Source: Octopus bimaculoides (lineage: Eukaryota). Taken from it: DNA of 64,000 bases. Shown here one piece after another: positions 36,731 to 48,956 of this stretch. Under the pieces are notes generated by a model. It saw nothing but the letters and a program-made list of their open reading frames with translations. It was not told where the DNA came from and did no database searches. Position 1 is the first letter of the stretch; each line of letters starts with the position of its first letter. The stretch is taken from NCBI RefSeq assembly GCF_001194135.2, contig NC_068983.1, positions 75,549,783-75,613,782 of the forward strand, in the 5' to 3' direction. A program made the position numbers and the translations under genes.

Positions 36731-37092
36731 TGTGGTTAATGTGGTATGACGTCAGTGTCTGGGGAGGCTGACCGGAAGGGGAAAAAGGGCAGAGGGAGCC
36801 TTGATCGGGATTTGTGCCCTTTTCGAACGGGGTTGTGGTCAGGACAAGACGTGTTAAGCGACGGTCTAGGTTTGGGAGAAGCAGCTGCTATTCCTGGTGT
36901 ACTTTGGGTTGGGGCAAGCTACAAGGATTGGATACCGCAAGACAGACTCGCAGTCGAGGAAAGGAAAACCGAGGTAAGGCAATTACATCTACTCATACGC
37001 ACATACCACAGTTAATTCAATAGACTTTATTTTTTTCTTTGTGTGAATTTGTGACTTTGAGTCAGAAAATACAAAATAAATTAGTATTATAT
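36731..37092 (+). other. CpG-rich island: solo-LTR-like element or promoter/first exon
   Basis: TG...CA-compatible ends, AATAAA near 37075, TGACGTCA (36747-36754), CCGGAAG (36772-36778), donor GAG|GTAAGG (36973|36974). No TSD found. Confidence 0.35.
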
Positions 37093-37329
37093 ACATATGC
37101 AGGTTCAGTTCCACTGTGTGGTGTCTTAGGCAATTGTCTTCTAGTATAGCCCAAGCCCAAGTTTGACCCATGCTTTCTGAGTGAATTTATTTGATAGAAA
37201 CTGTATGAAAACTCATCACACACACATATGCATGCACACACACACACACACACACACAGACACACACACAGCAAATTGACAAAGGACGATGGCTTTACAT
37301 AACTTTATTAAGGGTTACAATCATTTCAA

Positions 37330-38700
37330 TCGCTAGTGAGATTATTTCATAAATTCATACATTGGTTTGTACATGTATAAAATTATGTAAATCCATGTAT
37401 TAATTTATTAATTAATTAGGTTACCACCAGGCATCTCGTCAGACCACATAAAGTTATTAGAATATGTGTTGAGAGTTTCCAACAAATATATTTATAGATG
37501 TTAGGTTGCAGAATATCCAAGTTATAAACTGAACAGCAAGTGTTCACCCCAATGGAGCTAGGAGCCATATCAGATTACTTTCTTTAATCTTGTACAAACT
37601 CGCTGGTGCCACTGTCTCTGGCAGATCAAGAGGTCATCAAGTTTATTGTATGCATGTGTGGTGATTGAGAGAGATTAGATTTCAAAGAGATAGTTGTTTA
37701 CTGCGACAATCTAAGAAGTTCCAGCAACAAGAGTAATAATAGTATAAAGAAAAATTAATACAGAGACGAGGATTGAAAGGAAATAAAATTAATGAAGAAC
37801 AAGAGGAGGTGTTGTTAGAATGGAGGCACAAAATAAATTGATGCATGTCTCTGTAATCAGGTTTAAATAATACTGGACCACCTACAATTTAAGTGAGATT
37901 AAATTAGATATAGTTGTTAAGAATTAAATTAGATATGTTAGTTAAGAAGTGAGTGATTGGCTGGTTACATAATAAATAAATCAAGTAGGAGGTAAGAGAA
38001 TTAATAGGGTAAGAACATTATCATTAATATTAGTCAAAGTAGGGTAAGTTAGGAATGTAAAATTTTTATGCGGAAATTTTATGAAGGTTTTATAAAATAA
38101 GTGGGAATAATGGATCAATAAATCATTATGCTTATGAATTAAATTAGACCTACATTTAAGAATTTCAATGCTTCTATCAAGCACCTTCATATAAAAATAA
38201 CAGCAACAAGAAGAATTATAATATGTATGGTAGATATGGAAATCAATATTTTTCTTCTTACGGTTCTAGATGAGCCTAGCCAGAAAGCTTTTGTATTATA
38301 AGAGTGAATATAGTTATGTAACCTGAGCTTAAATTTGGAAGGTATCACTTTTATGTAATAATAGACTTTATAAGGTATTTTAACCAAGCATCTATATATT
38401 AAACTATTCCTCAGAAATTGGTCATTTAGAGTACATTTAACATGGTTCTTACAGTTACACATACTAGTAAGTTTCTAATGATATGAGGCATTATTTGATT
38501 AATTATTGTTAATGTTATTGTAATTAACAGTAAGAAATTAAATACCATTTGTAATAATAAATCAAAAAATTAAATATTATTCATTATGACATTATCATTG
38601 TTAATGTTTCTGCAATTAAAAGTAAGTAATTAAATGCTATAAGTAATAATGAATGATCTTTTAATTATTCTGCAGTAAATACCAGTCTAAGTTAGCAACA
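37330..38700 (-). pseudogene. Penelope-like element 3' relic with a GIY-YIG endonuclease fragment
   Basis: CNCKNHVKCTLNDQFLRNSLIYRCLVK...YYI...FKLRLHNYIHSY fits the CNC..CPL.G.C..IY..YIG..FK.R..NH..SF pattern of PLE endonucleases. AT-rich pLTR-like sequence lies downstream. Confidence 0.7.
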
Positions 38701-39700
38701 AATAATAGATCTCTAAGGTAGTCTGTGTCTTGTGGCAAACTTCACATGTTGAGCATATAGGGGATTTACAATACCCCTATACATGCAGGTCAGCCAATGT
38801 TCTACCATTGCTTGCTTTTAGCCTATTTACATATGTCTGCTGCTTTCTAGTCAGGTGACTGAAACCTAGCAGTGGTTCAGTGGGACTTCCAACTAAGTTC
38901 CCACCTCTGAAAGGGTGCTTCTTCCATTCATCTGCCCAAGCTTGCTTAACACCGAAGTTTGAAGTTTTCTTTCATGGATTTATAGAAATCTTTTCTTGGT
39001 TTTAGCCACAAAGTGGTGGGTACAGTCACTCACTGACAGGTTTATGGTCAAGCCTGTGGCAGTGGAGACCTCCAACATTCTCAGCCCCAGAACCATATTC
39101 CTGCTCACTGCTATCAGGGCAGAGATGGCTATCCACAAGTGCAAGCCCCATGTATTAGAGTGACTGTTCCACCTCCCTCACCATCCTCTAGGGCAACGCC
39201 ATTTCCATTTTGCCTGCTGGGACTATGAGGTGGTCTGAATTACAGGAAATCGAGAGAATATAAGAATTTCATAGTTCCATACTTATCAAGTTTATTCTGA
39301 AGAGAAACTCATACATTGGACTTAATTGAAGTGATACTGAATTTCCATTGTGTTTTTTGTGTGTGTATTATTTTTTGCATTTATAGAATCCAAGATGTGT
39401 TTGCTGTATTTCAGTTTCACTTTTTGTTGAGTTGAGGAATGTCCACATTTGAGTGGCTAATTGTGTTTGTTTCAAGGGTGTAAGTTCAAATGTAAGCTGG
39501 TCTTTCATACTCTAATGAAGAGTAATAATACTATAAAGAAATATTTCAGCCTACCACTGAAACACCTGCAGCAGTTTTTATAGGAATTCACAGATCTATC
39601 CAAGCATTGCTGGCAGAGGAATAAATCAGGTATAGAAATGTTTCCAAACATTAACATGAACAACATCATTATTACCAAGTCCACCACCACCACCAGCACC

Positions 39701-39755
<55 letters not shown>

Positions 39756-40039
39756 CAACAACAATAATAATTTTTATTAGTATGTATCCATAGCAATTAT
39801 TGCTAAAGCTATAATTACCCCAAGTGTGGACACAACTAATGATAATCTCACTATATATAAACATTCCTAGCTAGATTAATTACTATAGATTTAATACTGA
39901 TTTTTAGCATGAACATGCAGTCTGTTAGATATAAAAGAGTGTGGGGGAAAGGAAATGGAAAGGTGTGCTGTTGATGGCTTTCCCATCAGCAATTTGTAAA
40001 AACAAATGAGGTTCATGAGGAAGAATCTACATACTTGTT

Positions 40040-40220
40040 TGATCTGTTAGAAATAGCTACCAAATCTCCCTTGAATCACATCTTACCATCTTAGAAATGG
40101 ACACATAGGAAAACATACAAATGTAGTCTGTAAAAATGATTGGCTGATCATACCTAGACGGCTATTGACTGTAGATCTATCTCAATTAGGGACGACCTGG
40201 GACTAAACAGCAACAACAAC
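40040..40220 (+). repeat. Unclassified CAA-tailed interspersed repeat (family H)
   Basis: aaatagctaccaaatctccc...ggactaaacagcaacaac. Related decayed copies near 8240, 27760, 31490, 33370, 35370, 46590 and 53830. Confidence 0.55.
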
Positions 40221-40574
40221 AATATTGAGGGAATTTCACAGTTTTAACTGCAAATTGAAACTGGGTAGTGAATTTAATTGTCTACAACTGCTAGGTGGTA
40301 ACAATGATATGGTTGGTAGATTGACAAGGCATACCCCTATTTTGTAAGTAGATGGTTGTTGTTGCTTAGCCTAGGCATAAACAACCCTTTTTGAGAAATG
40401 GGTCACATAAGACATGGCTCATCATCAGATGGGCTACACTATTAAACGATTCAAGGCAATTTTTCATTAGGTACGCCATTCAGAAAGGCTGCTATTTGTC
40501 CCCGACAGACTCAACCCAGCATCAAATCTGAACAAGAACACCCAAGATCAAAGGCATTTCATAGAGTAAAGGAC

Positions 40575-40760
40575 AGATTGTAAGGAATTACAGATTTTCT
40601 AGTCAATCTTCCTTATTTCACTCACATTCCAGTTCCACACATTGAAACTGTAAATAACAACCGGAACTGCAAAGGAATTTATGGCTAACACCTTGTTACA
40701 TGCATTTAACTCAGATTTTAGGACTGCTCAAACTCTCCTTGTTGTCTTTTGAGTTCTCTG
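40575..40760 (-). pseudogene. R4/Dong-like LINE fragment (RT thumb region)
   Basis: RRV*AVLKSELNACNKVLAINSFAVPVVIYSFNVWNWNVSEIRKID. Confidence 0.75.
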
Positions 40761-40809
40761 GGTGAGACTTGGAGTCAACTTGTACAAATATAAAGCAAAA
40801 ACCAAACAT

Positions 40810-41285
40810 ATTTTACTCTTTACTCTCTTTTACTCTTTTATTTGTTTCAGTCATTTGACTGCGGCCATGCTGGAGCACCGCCTTTAGTCGAGCAAATCGA
40901 CCCTGGGACTTATTCTTTGTAAGCCTAGTACTTATTTTATCAGTTTCTTTTGCTGAACTGCTAAGTGACGGGGACATAAACACACCAGCATCGGTTGTCA
41001 AGCAATGCTAGGGGGACGAACACAGACACACAAACACACACACATATACATACCTATATATACATATATACGACGGGCTTCTTTCAGTTTCTGTCTACCA
41101 AATCCACTCACAAGGCTTTGGTTGGCCCGAGGCTATAGTAGAAGACACTTGCCCAAGATGCCATGCNNNNNNNNNNTTGGCCCGAGGCTATAGTAGAAGA
41201 CACTTGCCCAAGATGCCATGCAGTGGGTCTGAACCTGGAACCATGTGGTTGGTAAGCAAGCTACTTACCACACAGCCACTCCTGC
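40810..41285 (-). mobile_element. SINE family A, full length (apparent 45-bp duplication across a 10-N gap)
   Basis: Tail tactctttactct at the left end, head ttaccacacagccactcctg at the right end. Confidence 0.9.
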
Positions 41286-41299
41286 AGTTTGCAGGATAG

Positions 41300-41540
41300 A
41301 AGACTATGCTGAAGAAAAAATATGTGTATGGAGAAGGATAGCTGTGAAGAGAAGTGCTGCATGTTCAAAGGGCATGACATCAGTGAAAGTGGGAAATGGA
41401 ATGAGACTTGAGACAAAGTGATGAAGGTTGCTCTCAAGTTGTGGCACATCACAAAGGAGATGACAAAGGAGATGTAGATTTGTGTTATAAAGTGATGGAG
41501 AAGACCAGGCCAAATGTGCAAGCTTGGCAAATTGAACTTT
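41300..41540 (+). mobile_element. Decayed RTE ORF C-terminus
   Basis: ...T*DKVMKVALKLWHITKEMTK... and VMEKTR resemble the TWDEVV..DL..LGLT.AMT.DR.LWR.AV.EKTR end seen at 6490. Confidence 0.5.
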
Positions 41541-42370
41541 AAAATTGGTGATAGTGATGAAAGATGATGTAGCTGAGAAATTTGCTTCACAACTACTTGG
41601 TATTGAGTTCTGGATCACTGCACGACATCTTGAACTAGTATCTTCTACTGTAGCCTTGGATGATCAAAGACTTGTGAGTGGATTTGGTTGACAGAAACAT
41701 GTGTGTGTGTGTGTGTGTGTCTTGAGTGGATGTACATGCCTTATGTATAAATATCAGAAAAAGATGGTTTTAATTGTTATTTATAATTAGATTATTTTGA
41801 GTATACTGACATATATATTAAATAGATTCTATATATTGTAAATCTATCTCAGTAAGTCATGATTTATCATATATAATAGTATAGGGAGTAGTGAATACTC
41901 TTTACAGTTTTGGTGTACAAAGAATCCCTCTTACGTTGGCATCCACCTGTACACTCTGTAAAGTGGCTGGTGAATGAGTCCAAAGAAAGCGTAGAGTAAA
42001 ATTAACCCTTTAGTATTGTTTTGCTGAGAACATGAAAACCTCTCTAATGCCGGTGCCATCATAAAATGCAACTAGTACATTTCGCAAAATATGCAGAAAA
42101 GTTTAGTCTTTTACTAAGATCATAACAAACTTTTATCTGCTGGTGCTATGATAAAATGCACCCATTACACTCTGTAAAATGGTTGGTGATGGGAAAAGCA
42201 TCCACTTATGGTAAAGACACCAAACTAAAATATACAAGAAAAAATGTGATTCTCTGACCTGTTTAAGATGACATTAACTTCCAGAAAAAGAAGTGGCTTG
42301 GAATGTGATGACTTGTCCAAATCATGCCAATATGGAATTATGGAATGCATATGCAAAATGATAATGATTT

Positions 42371-42497
<127 letters not shown>

Positions 42498-42656
42498 ATA
42501 TAGTGAAGGTAAGTGGCCTGGTGGTTATGTTCTACAATCAGCAGGAAGTATCCTCTTGTGTGCTCTTATATGAGATTTCAGTCTGGCCTCTGACATGCAG
42601 ATTTTGCCTCGCATATCTATCCATCTATCCATATATATGTATATATATGTATATGA

Positions 42657-42861
42657 CAGGGTGCTGAAAAGTTCCTAGCTGTGGATAAAAGAAAATACCG
42701 GAGGATCAGTTAAATATGATTTCATTCAACATATTCCCCTCTCAGATTCACACACTTATTCAGTGCTACTTCAGTTTTTCTAAGCCCTGCAAAAGAACTC
42801 AGAATCTTGGGCCTCCAATCAGGGGTTTTGCAATGCCCTTATAGCCAGTAACTTTTCAGTA
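42657..42861. mobile_element. Mariner-like MITE running into a gap
   Basis: Left TGCTGAAAAGTTCCTAGCT and right AGCCAGTAACTTTTCAGTA form an imperfect inverted repeat of mariner type. Confidence 0.65.
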
Positions 42862-42977
42862 NNNNNNNNNNNNNNNNNNNNNNNNNNNNNNNNNNNNNNN
42901 NNNNNNNNNNNNNNNNNNNNNNNNNNNNNNNNNNNNNNNNNNNNNNNNNNNNNNNNNNNNNNNNNNNNNNNNNNNNN

Positions 42978-43011
<34 letters not shown>

Positions 43012-43329
43012 TTTGAAAATGAAAAGATTCAATGGATATGAATTAATTTATTAATTAATTAACATTGCCAGGATATTCAAAATGCAAACTTATATTATCA
43101 TATATGTTTTGTAATTTAAATTGGGTGTGAAGTGAAACAACTGTAGGCACTGTTGATTAGTTAATAAAATTGATTTGTAGCTATTGAATCTCTCCTTTTT
43201 CAAACATATTAATAATATTTGATGTTTTATAATATATTTATTGAAGAAATATCTCTTCAAAATACAATATATTAAACCAGGGTATCTTGGATAAAACTAT
43301 CCTTATAAGAAGTTTAAATATCCTCATAG

Positions 43330-43379
<50 letters not shown>

Positions 43380-43382
<3 letters not shown>

Positions 43383-43660
43383 GTATAAATATGCATATTT
43401 AGCTTAGACATTGTGAGACTAATAACCTGGTGTAGAAGTCAATATATGTGTGCATCAGAATGAAGTGTTAGATGAGTACAGAGCGGTAATAATAAAATCA
43501 AATGACAAAGGAAAAAACGGTTATGATATGAACTTCATTAGGTTACAACTGTTTCAGCTATATGATGGAGTGGACTCATAGCTGAGTGCCTGAATAACAT
43601 TCTATAGCTTCATCAGAGCCTCGAATATGAAGTGCAGTTTCTTTGATACATTCATACATA
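43380..43660 (-). mobile_element. Penelope-like pLTR fragment with a hammerhead-like core (43541-43620)
   Basis: Minus strand: GGCT-CTGATGA-AGCTATA...TATAGCT-GAA-ACAGTTGT-A-ACC. Confidence 0.6.
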
Positions 43661-43684
43661 TATAAAAGAAAGGACCCACTTTGG

Positions 43685-43995
43685 TCATGTCTGACCATGG
43701 GATTACACCTAGACAGTTCCCCTCCGAGGCACAAGTCCAGGCAAGGTTGTTTATGGAAGACCAGCAGTCACCCATGCATACTAGTCTCCCCTCTCCACAC
43801 AACTGATGTTATCCAAGGGAAAGACAAAGGCCCGATACAGCTTGGTACCAGTGATGTCACAACACATTTCTACAGTTGAGTAAACTGAAGCAACATGAAC
43901 TAAAGTGTCTTGCTCAAGAAAACAACACACAGCCCAGTCCAGGAACTGAACTCACCACCTCATGATTGTGAGCCCAGTTCTCTAACCACTGAACC
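43685..43995 (-). mobile_element. tRNA-headed SINE family E (CORE-like segment, distinct tail)
   Basis: Head and core (ttgagcaagacacttta.ttca.gttgct.cagt..actca) are shared with 59430-59748; the tail differs. A decayed relative lies at about 605-750. Confidence 0.7.
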
Positions 43996-44133
43996 ATGAA
44001 CGTCAGGTTTTCCAGTCAGCTGTGTGAACATTCAGCTGATAGATGCACTCTTAATGTAATTCTTAGTTTGAATGAGTTTGACACAAGTATGACAAGACTA
44101 GAATCCAGAATTGCAGGTACATGTATGTATCTG

Positions 44134-44166
<33 letters not shown>

Positions 44167-44384
44167 GCACAGTTAGATAGACAGACAGACAAACAAATAG
44201 ATAGATAGGTAAATAGAAAAATAGATATATAGATAGATAGATACACACACACATACATACATGCATACATACATATATACATACATACATACATACATAG
44301 GGAAACAGATATATGTGCATGAGTACATTTATATAGATAAAAATATATATGTATGTATGCTTGTATGTGTATGTTAAATTATTT

Positions 44385-44572
44385 CTACTCTAGGCATAAG
44401 ACCTTGAAAATCTTGGGGAAGGGGAAGTGTATAACTGGTACTTATTTCATCAACCCTGAAAGGATGAAAAGCAAAGTCGACCTTGGTGGAATTTGAACTC
44501 AGGGCATCAAGAGAGACGGAATACCACTAAGCATTTTGCCTGGCATGCTAACGACTCTGCCAGCTCGCTGCT
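44385..44572 (-). mobile_element. SINE family C
   Basis: tttctactctaggcataag...aaaagcaaagtcgaccttggtggaatttgaactc...ctgccagctcgctgc. Confidence 0.8.
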
Positions 44573-44621
44573 TTTATGTGCTTATTAATGAAGCAGATAT
44601 GTGTGTGTGCATTTGTGTAAG

Positions 44622-44656
<35 letters not shown>

Positions 44657-45155
44657 ACTTATTGTATACAGTGCTCAGATATACTACAACTCATCAGAAA
44701 AAGTAACCAAAACTGCATGAACAGTACATAGAATACACACAAAAAGTGAACAAGTCTCAAAAAAAGGTGTGTGTGTGTGTGTGTGTGTTTATTAACGACA
44801 CAACTAAAATTTGTTTTAATCTTTTTACATGAAATACATTCAAAAAGGAAAGCTATTTCTTGTTTGGCACACATAGACACACAGACACACACACACATAG
44901 ACACACAAACACACACACACACATATGTAGATACAGATATAAATACAGATATATTCCTCTATGTAGAAATACTTACCACTTTGATCAACTGAAATATATA
45001 ACAGATAAAAATATAATCCAACACAGCAAGGCAGTCCTGTAACCTGACATCTCCATGTAAAAGAATTTTAGCGAGGGACTAAAATATTAAGGTTCAATCT
45101 CCAAAGGTACTTTGTAAGATAAAAGGGTTTGTTTATTATTGTTATTTTGTGATAG

Positions 45156-45359
45156 CTACACTACTGGAAACAACAGCGGTGAGACTTGTTTAAGAGAAGG
45201 CTGGCCACCACATTTATGTTTGTTGTTTTTCATTCACTTGTCCTAGACACGGACCAGAAATGTGTTGTTGCAAGTTGTAACCTGCTTCATGCATTCTGTC
45301 AGCCATCAGAAAGATACGGTGGTGATTAGAAAATTGAAACCAGCTCAACCTATATATTG
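45156..45359 (+). CDS. Candidate exon pair 45156-45178 and 45247-45359 separated by a 68-nt intron
   Basis: Acceptors ttattttgtgatag| and ttgtttttcattcacttgtcctag|; donors GCG|GTGAGA and TTG|GTAATT. One joined frame is open (TLLETTA-TRTRNVLLQVVTCFMHSVSHQKDTVVIRKLKPAQPIY). No recognised homology. Confidence 0.2.
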
Positions 45360-45605
45360 GTAATTATTATAGTAGTAGTAGTAGTATTGATATTAGTTGT
45401 AGTAATAACAACAACAACAACAACAATCATGATCATGATCATGAATGATCATTGTCATCATCATCATTTAACGTCCATTTTCCATGTTGGCACAGGTTGA
45501 ATGGTTCAACAAGACGTGGATAGGCAAAAGACTGCACCAGGCTTCACTGTCTGTTTTGGTGGGGTTGTCACAGCTGGATGCCCTTCTTAACACTAACCAC
45601 CTTAC

Positions 45606-45646
<41 letters not shown>

Positions 45647-45649
45647 TAA

Positions 45650-46161
45650 TCCTTTCTACTATAAAGGCACAAGGCCTGAAATTTTGGAGTAGGGGACTGA
45701 TTGATTACATTGACCCCAGTACTCAACTGGTATTTAATTTATCGACCCTGAAAGGATGAGAGGCAAAGCTGGAATTTAAACTCAGAATGTAGAGACAGAC
45801 GAAATGCCACTAAGCATTTTGCCCGGTGTGCTAATAATTCTGCCAGCTTGCTGCCTTACCACAATAATAATAACAATCATCATCATCATCATCATCATCA
45901 TCGTTTAACGTCTGCTTTCCATGCTAGCATGGGTTGGACGATTTGACTGAGGACTAGTGAACCAGATGGCTACACCAGGCTCCAATCTGATTTGGCAGAG
46001 TTTCTACAGCTGGATGCCCTTCCTAATGCCAACCACTCCGAGAGTGTAGTGGGTGCTTTTACGTGCCACTGGCACGAAGGCCTGCCAGGAGGTACTGGCA
46101 ACAGCCACACTCGAAATGGTGTATTTTATGTGCCACCTGCACAAGAGCCAGTCCAGCGGCA

Positions 46162-46162
<1 letters not shown>
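45650..46162 (-). mobile_element. SINE C (45650-45858) followed by an RTE 3' end (45885-46162)
   Basis: Direct match to families C and B. Confidence 0.85.
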
Positions 46163-46210
<48 letters not shown>

Positions 46211-47697
46211 TAGCATCTGATCCAAAGTTCTTACAATTCCACCAATCTGTTGCCCAAGATTGGTACATTTTTACTGATCGCAAAAAGAATGAAAGGAAAA
46301 GTTGATTTTGGCAGAACTTGAACACAAATATTGCACAGAGAGTTGGAACAAATAACAGCAGGGTATCTCATGCTCTAACGATTCGATCCGCCAATTCATT
46401 GCCCTGGCTAAATATCAGCACAAATTCCACCTTTTTGCTAGTAATACCACTACCACCACCGCCATCACTTCCATCACCACCACTGCCACAAACCACTACC
46501 AACACTAGCAGCAGCAGCACTACTGCTGTTTCTACCACAGCTTCCACTGCCACCACCACTATCACTGACAACAATAACAACAGTCACAAGGGTTCCTGTG
46601 AAGTTGCAGGTCGATCAGCTAGATATAGCAGTAAAATCTTCCTCGGCTGTTGTCCTGGGTTTCCTGCACATAGAAAACTGACCAGATGGTCATTACTGTA
46701 ATGCCTTTAAGGTGTGCTTGATCAGGGCTGACCTGTGACTAAGCAACAACACAAATTCCACCTTCTAGCTGACAATACCTCTGGGATCAACAATGCCACT
46801 ATCACTGCCGTTACCGCCATCACCACCACCACCACCACCACCACCATCGCCGCCGCCGCCGCTGCTGCTGCCACCGCCGCCGCCGCTGCTGCTGCCACCG
46901 CNNNNNNNNNNNNNNNNNNNNNNNNNNNNNNNNNNNNNNNNNNNNNNNNNNNNNNNNNNNNNNNNNNNNNNNNNNNNNNNNNNNNNNNNNNNNNNNNNNN
47001 NNNNNNNNNNNNNNNNNNNNNNNNNNNNNNNNNNNNNNNNNNNNNNNNNNNNNNNNNNNNNNNNNNNNNNNNNNNNNNNNNNNNNNNNNNNNNNNNNNNN
47101 NNNNNNNNNNNNNNNNNNNNNNNNNNNNNNNNNNNNNNNNNNNNNNNNNNNNNNNNNNNNNNNNNNNNNNNNNNNNNNNNNNNNNNNNNNNNNNNNNNNN
47201 NNNNNNNNNNNNNNNNNNNNNNNNNNNNNNNNNNNNNNNNNNNNNNNNNNNNNNNNNNNNNNNNNNNNNNNNNNNNNNNNNNNNNNNNNNNNNNNNNNNN
47301 NNNNNNNNNNNNNNNNNNNNNNNNNNNNNNNNNNNNNNNNNNNNNNNNNNNNNNNNNNNNNNNNNNNNNNNNNNNNNNNNNNNNNNNNNNNNNNNNNNNN
47401 NNNNNNNNNNNNNNNNNNNNNNNNNNNNNNNNNNNNNNNNNNNNNNNNNNNNNNNNNNNNNNNNNNNNNNNNNNNNNNNNNNNNNNNNNNNNNNNNNNNN
47501 NNNNNNNNNNNNNNNNNNNNNNNNNNNNNNNNNNNNNNNNNNNNNNNNNNNNNNNNNNNNNNNNNNNNNNNNNNNNNNNNNNNNNNNNNNNNNNNNNNNN
47601 NNNNNNNNNNNNNNNNNNNNNNNNNNNNNNNNNNNNNNNNNNNNNNNNNNNNNNNNNNNNNNNNNNNNNNNNNNNNNNNNNNNNNNNNNNNNNNNNN

Positions 47698-47769
<72 letters not shown>

Positions 47770-47773
<4 letters not shown>

Positions 47774-47995
47774 AGTTTGTGTCTGTGCTTGTCTCCCACC
47801 ACTGCTTAACAACCAGTGTTGGTGTGTTTATGTCTCTGTAACTAAGTGGTTCGGCAAAAGAGACTGGTGGAATAAGCTCCAGAGTTAAAAATAAATAAGT
47901 ACTAGGATCAGTTTGTTTTGACTAAAAAGGTCTTCAAGGCAGTGCCCCAGCATGGCCACTGTCTGAATGACTGAAACAGGTAAAAGATAAAAGAT
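47770..47995 (+). mobile_element. SINE A 3' half (5' half probably in the gap)
   Basis: gtgtttatgtctctgtaactaagtggttcggcaaaagagac...gactgaaacaggtaaaagataaaagat. Confidence 0.75.
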
Positions 47996-48299
47996 ATTAC
48001 TAACAATGCCACTATCAGCAATACCACCATCTCCCCCCACCCACCAACACCGACATCAAAAGCAACATTTCCAACACCACAAAGTAATGTCATCAGCACC
48101 CCCCCACATTCCATTTTCTGTTAGCATGTTCAGTCATCTAATAACTCCTAATTAAGCTTCTAATAAACCTAAACAGATAATTTACACTAGTTGTGTGTAG
48201 TATGTGTGTATATGTAGTATGCGTACACATACTCAGACGCACGCACACATATTTATATATTGTGAGTATATGTATGTATATTCTATATATATACATATG

Positions 48300-48661
48300 G
48301 AAATGTGCTGTGCGTGAGAAGACCCGGCAAGCCAAGTAAGGTCGTTGCCAGTGCCCCTGGACTGGCTCTTGTGCGGGTGGTACATGAGATGCACCATTTT
48401 GAGCGTGGCCGTTGCCAGTACCGCCTGACTGGCTCCCGTAGGATTTTCGAGTGAGATCGTTGCCAGTGCCCCTGGACTGACTTGTGCAGGTGGCACATAA
48501 AAGACACCATTTCGAGCGTGGCCGTTTTTGTGCGGGTGACACGTAAAAGCACCCACTACACTCTCTGAGTGGTTGGCGTTAGGAAGGGCATCCAGCTGTA
48601 GAAACTCTGCCAAATTAGATTGGAGTCTGGTGTTGCCATCCGGTTTCACCAGTCCTCAGTC
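48300..48661 (+). mobile_element. RTE 3' end linking the ORF stop to the family B UTR
   Basis: GCT GTG CGT GAG AAG ACC CGG CAA GCC AAG TAA (AVREKTRQAK*) runs directly into the hairpin subunits and conserved UTR. Confidence 0.9.
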
Positions 48662-48903
48662 NNNNNNNNNNNNNNNNNNNNNNNNNNNNNNNNNNNNNNN
48701 NNNNNNNNNNNNNNNNNNNNNNNNNNNNNNNNNNNNNNNNNNNNNNNNNNNNNNNNNNNNNNNNNNNNNNNNNNNNNNNNNNNNNNNNNNNNNNNNNNNN
48801 NNNNNNNNNNNNNNNNNNNNNNNNNNNNNNNNNNNNNNNNNNNNNNNNNNNNNNNNNNNNNNNNNNNNNNNNNNNNNNNNNNNNNNNNNNNNNNNNNNNN
48901 NNN

Positions 48904-48952
<49 letters not shown>

Positions 48953-48956
<4 letters not shown>

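Noticed and set aside
37420-37450. CTGACGAGATGCC hammerhead half on the minus strand
   Set aside because: No GAAA half follows. At most a deleted remnant of the pLTR of the 37330-38700 element.
38754-38786. TATAGGGG/CCCCTATA hairpin
   Set aside because: An 8-bp stem is within chance expectation and has no supporting context.
39387-39479. Strong acceptor/donor pair (ttttttgcatttatag| ... |GTAAGT)
   Set aside because: Stop codons in all three frames; a non-coding exon cannot be excluded.
41122-41221. 45-bp direct duplication inside SINE A
   Set aside because: The copies flank a 10-N gap exactly, so this is an unmerged contig overlap. The same pattern occurs at 60760-60805.
46793-46901. (CCA)(GCC)(GCT) tract suggesting poly-Ala/Pro coding
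   Set aside because: Embedded in a wider CAC/CAG/AAC microsatellite field, no splice signals, and it runs into a gap.
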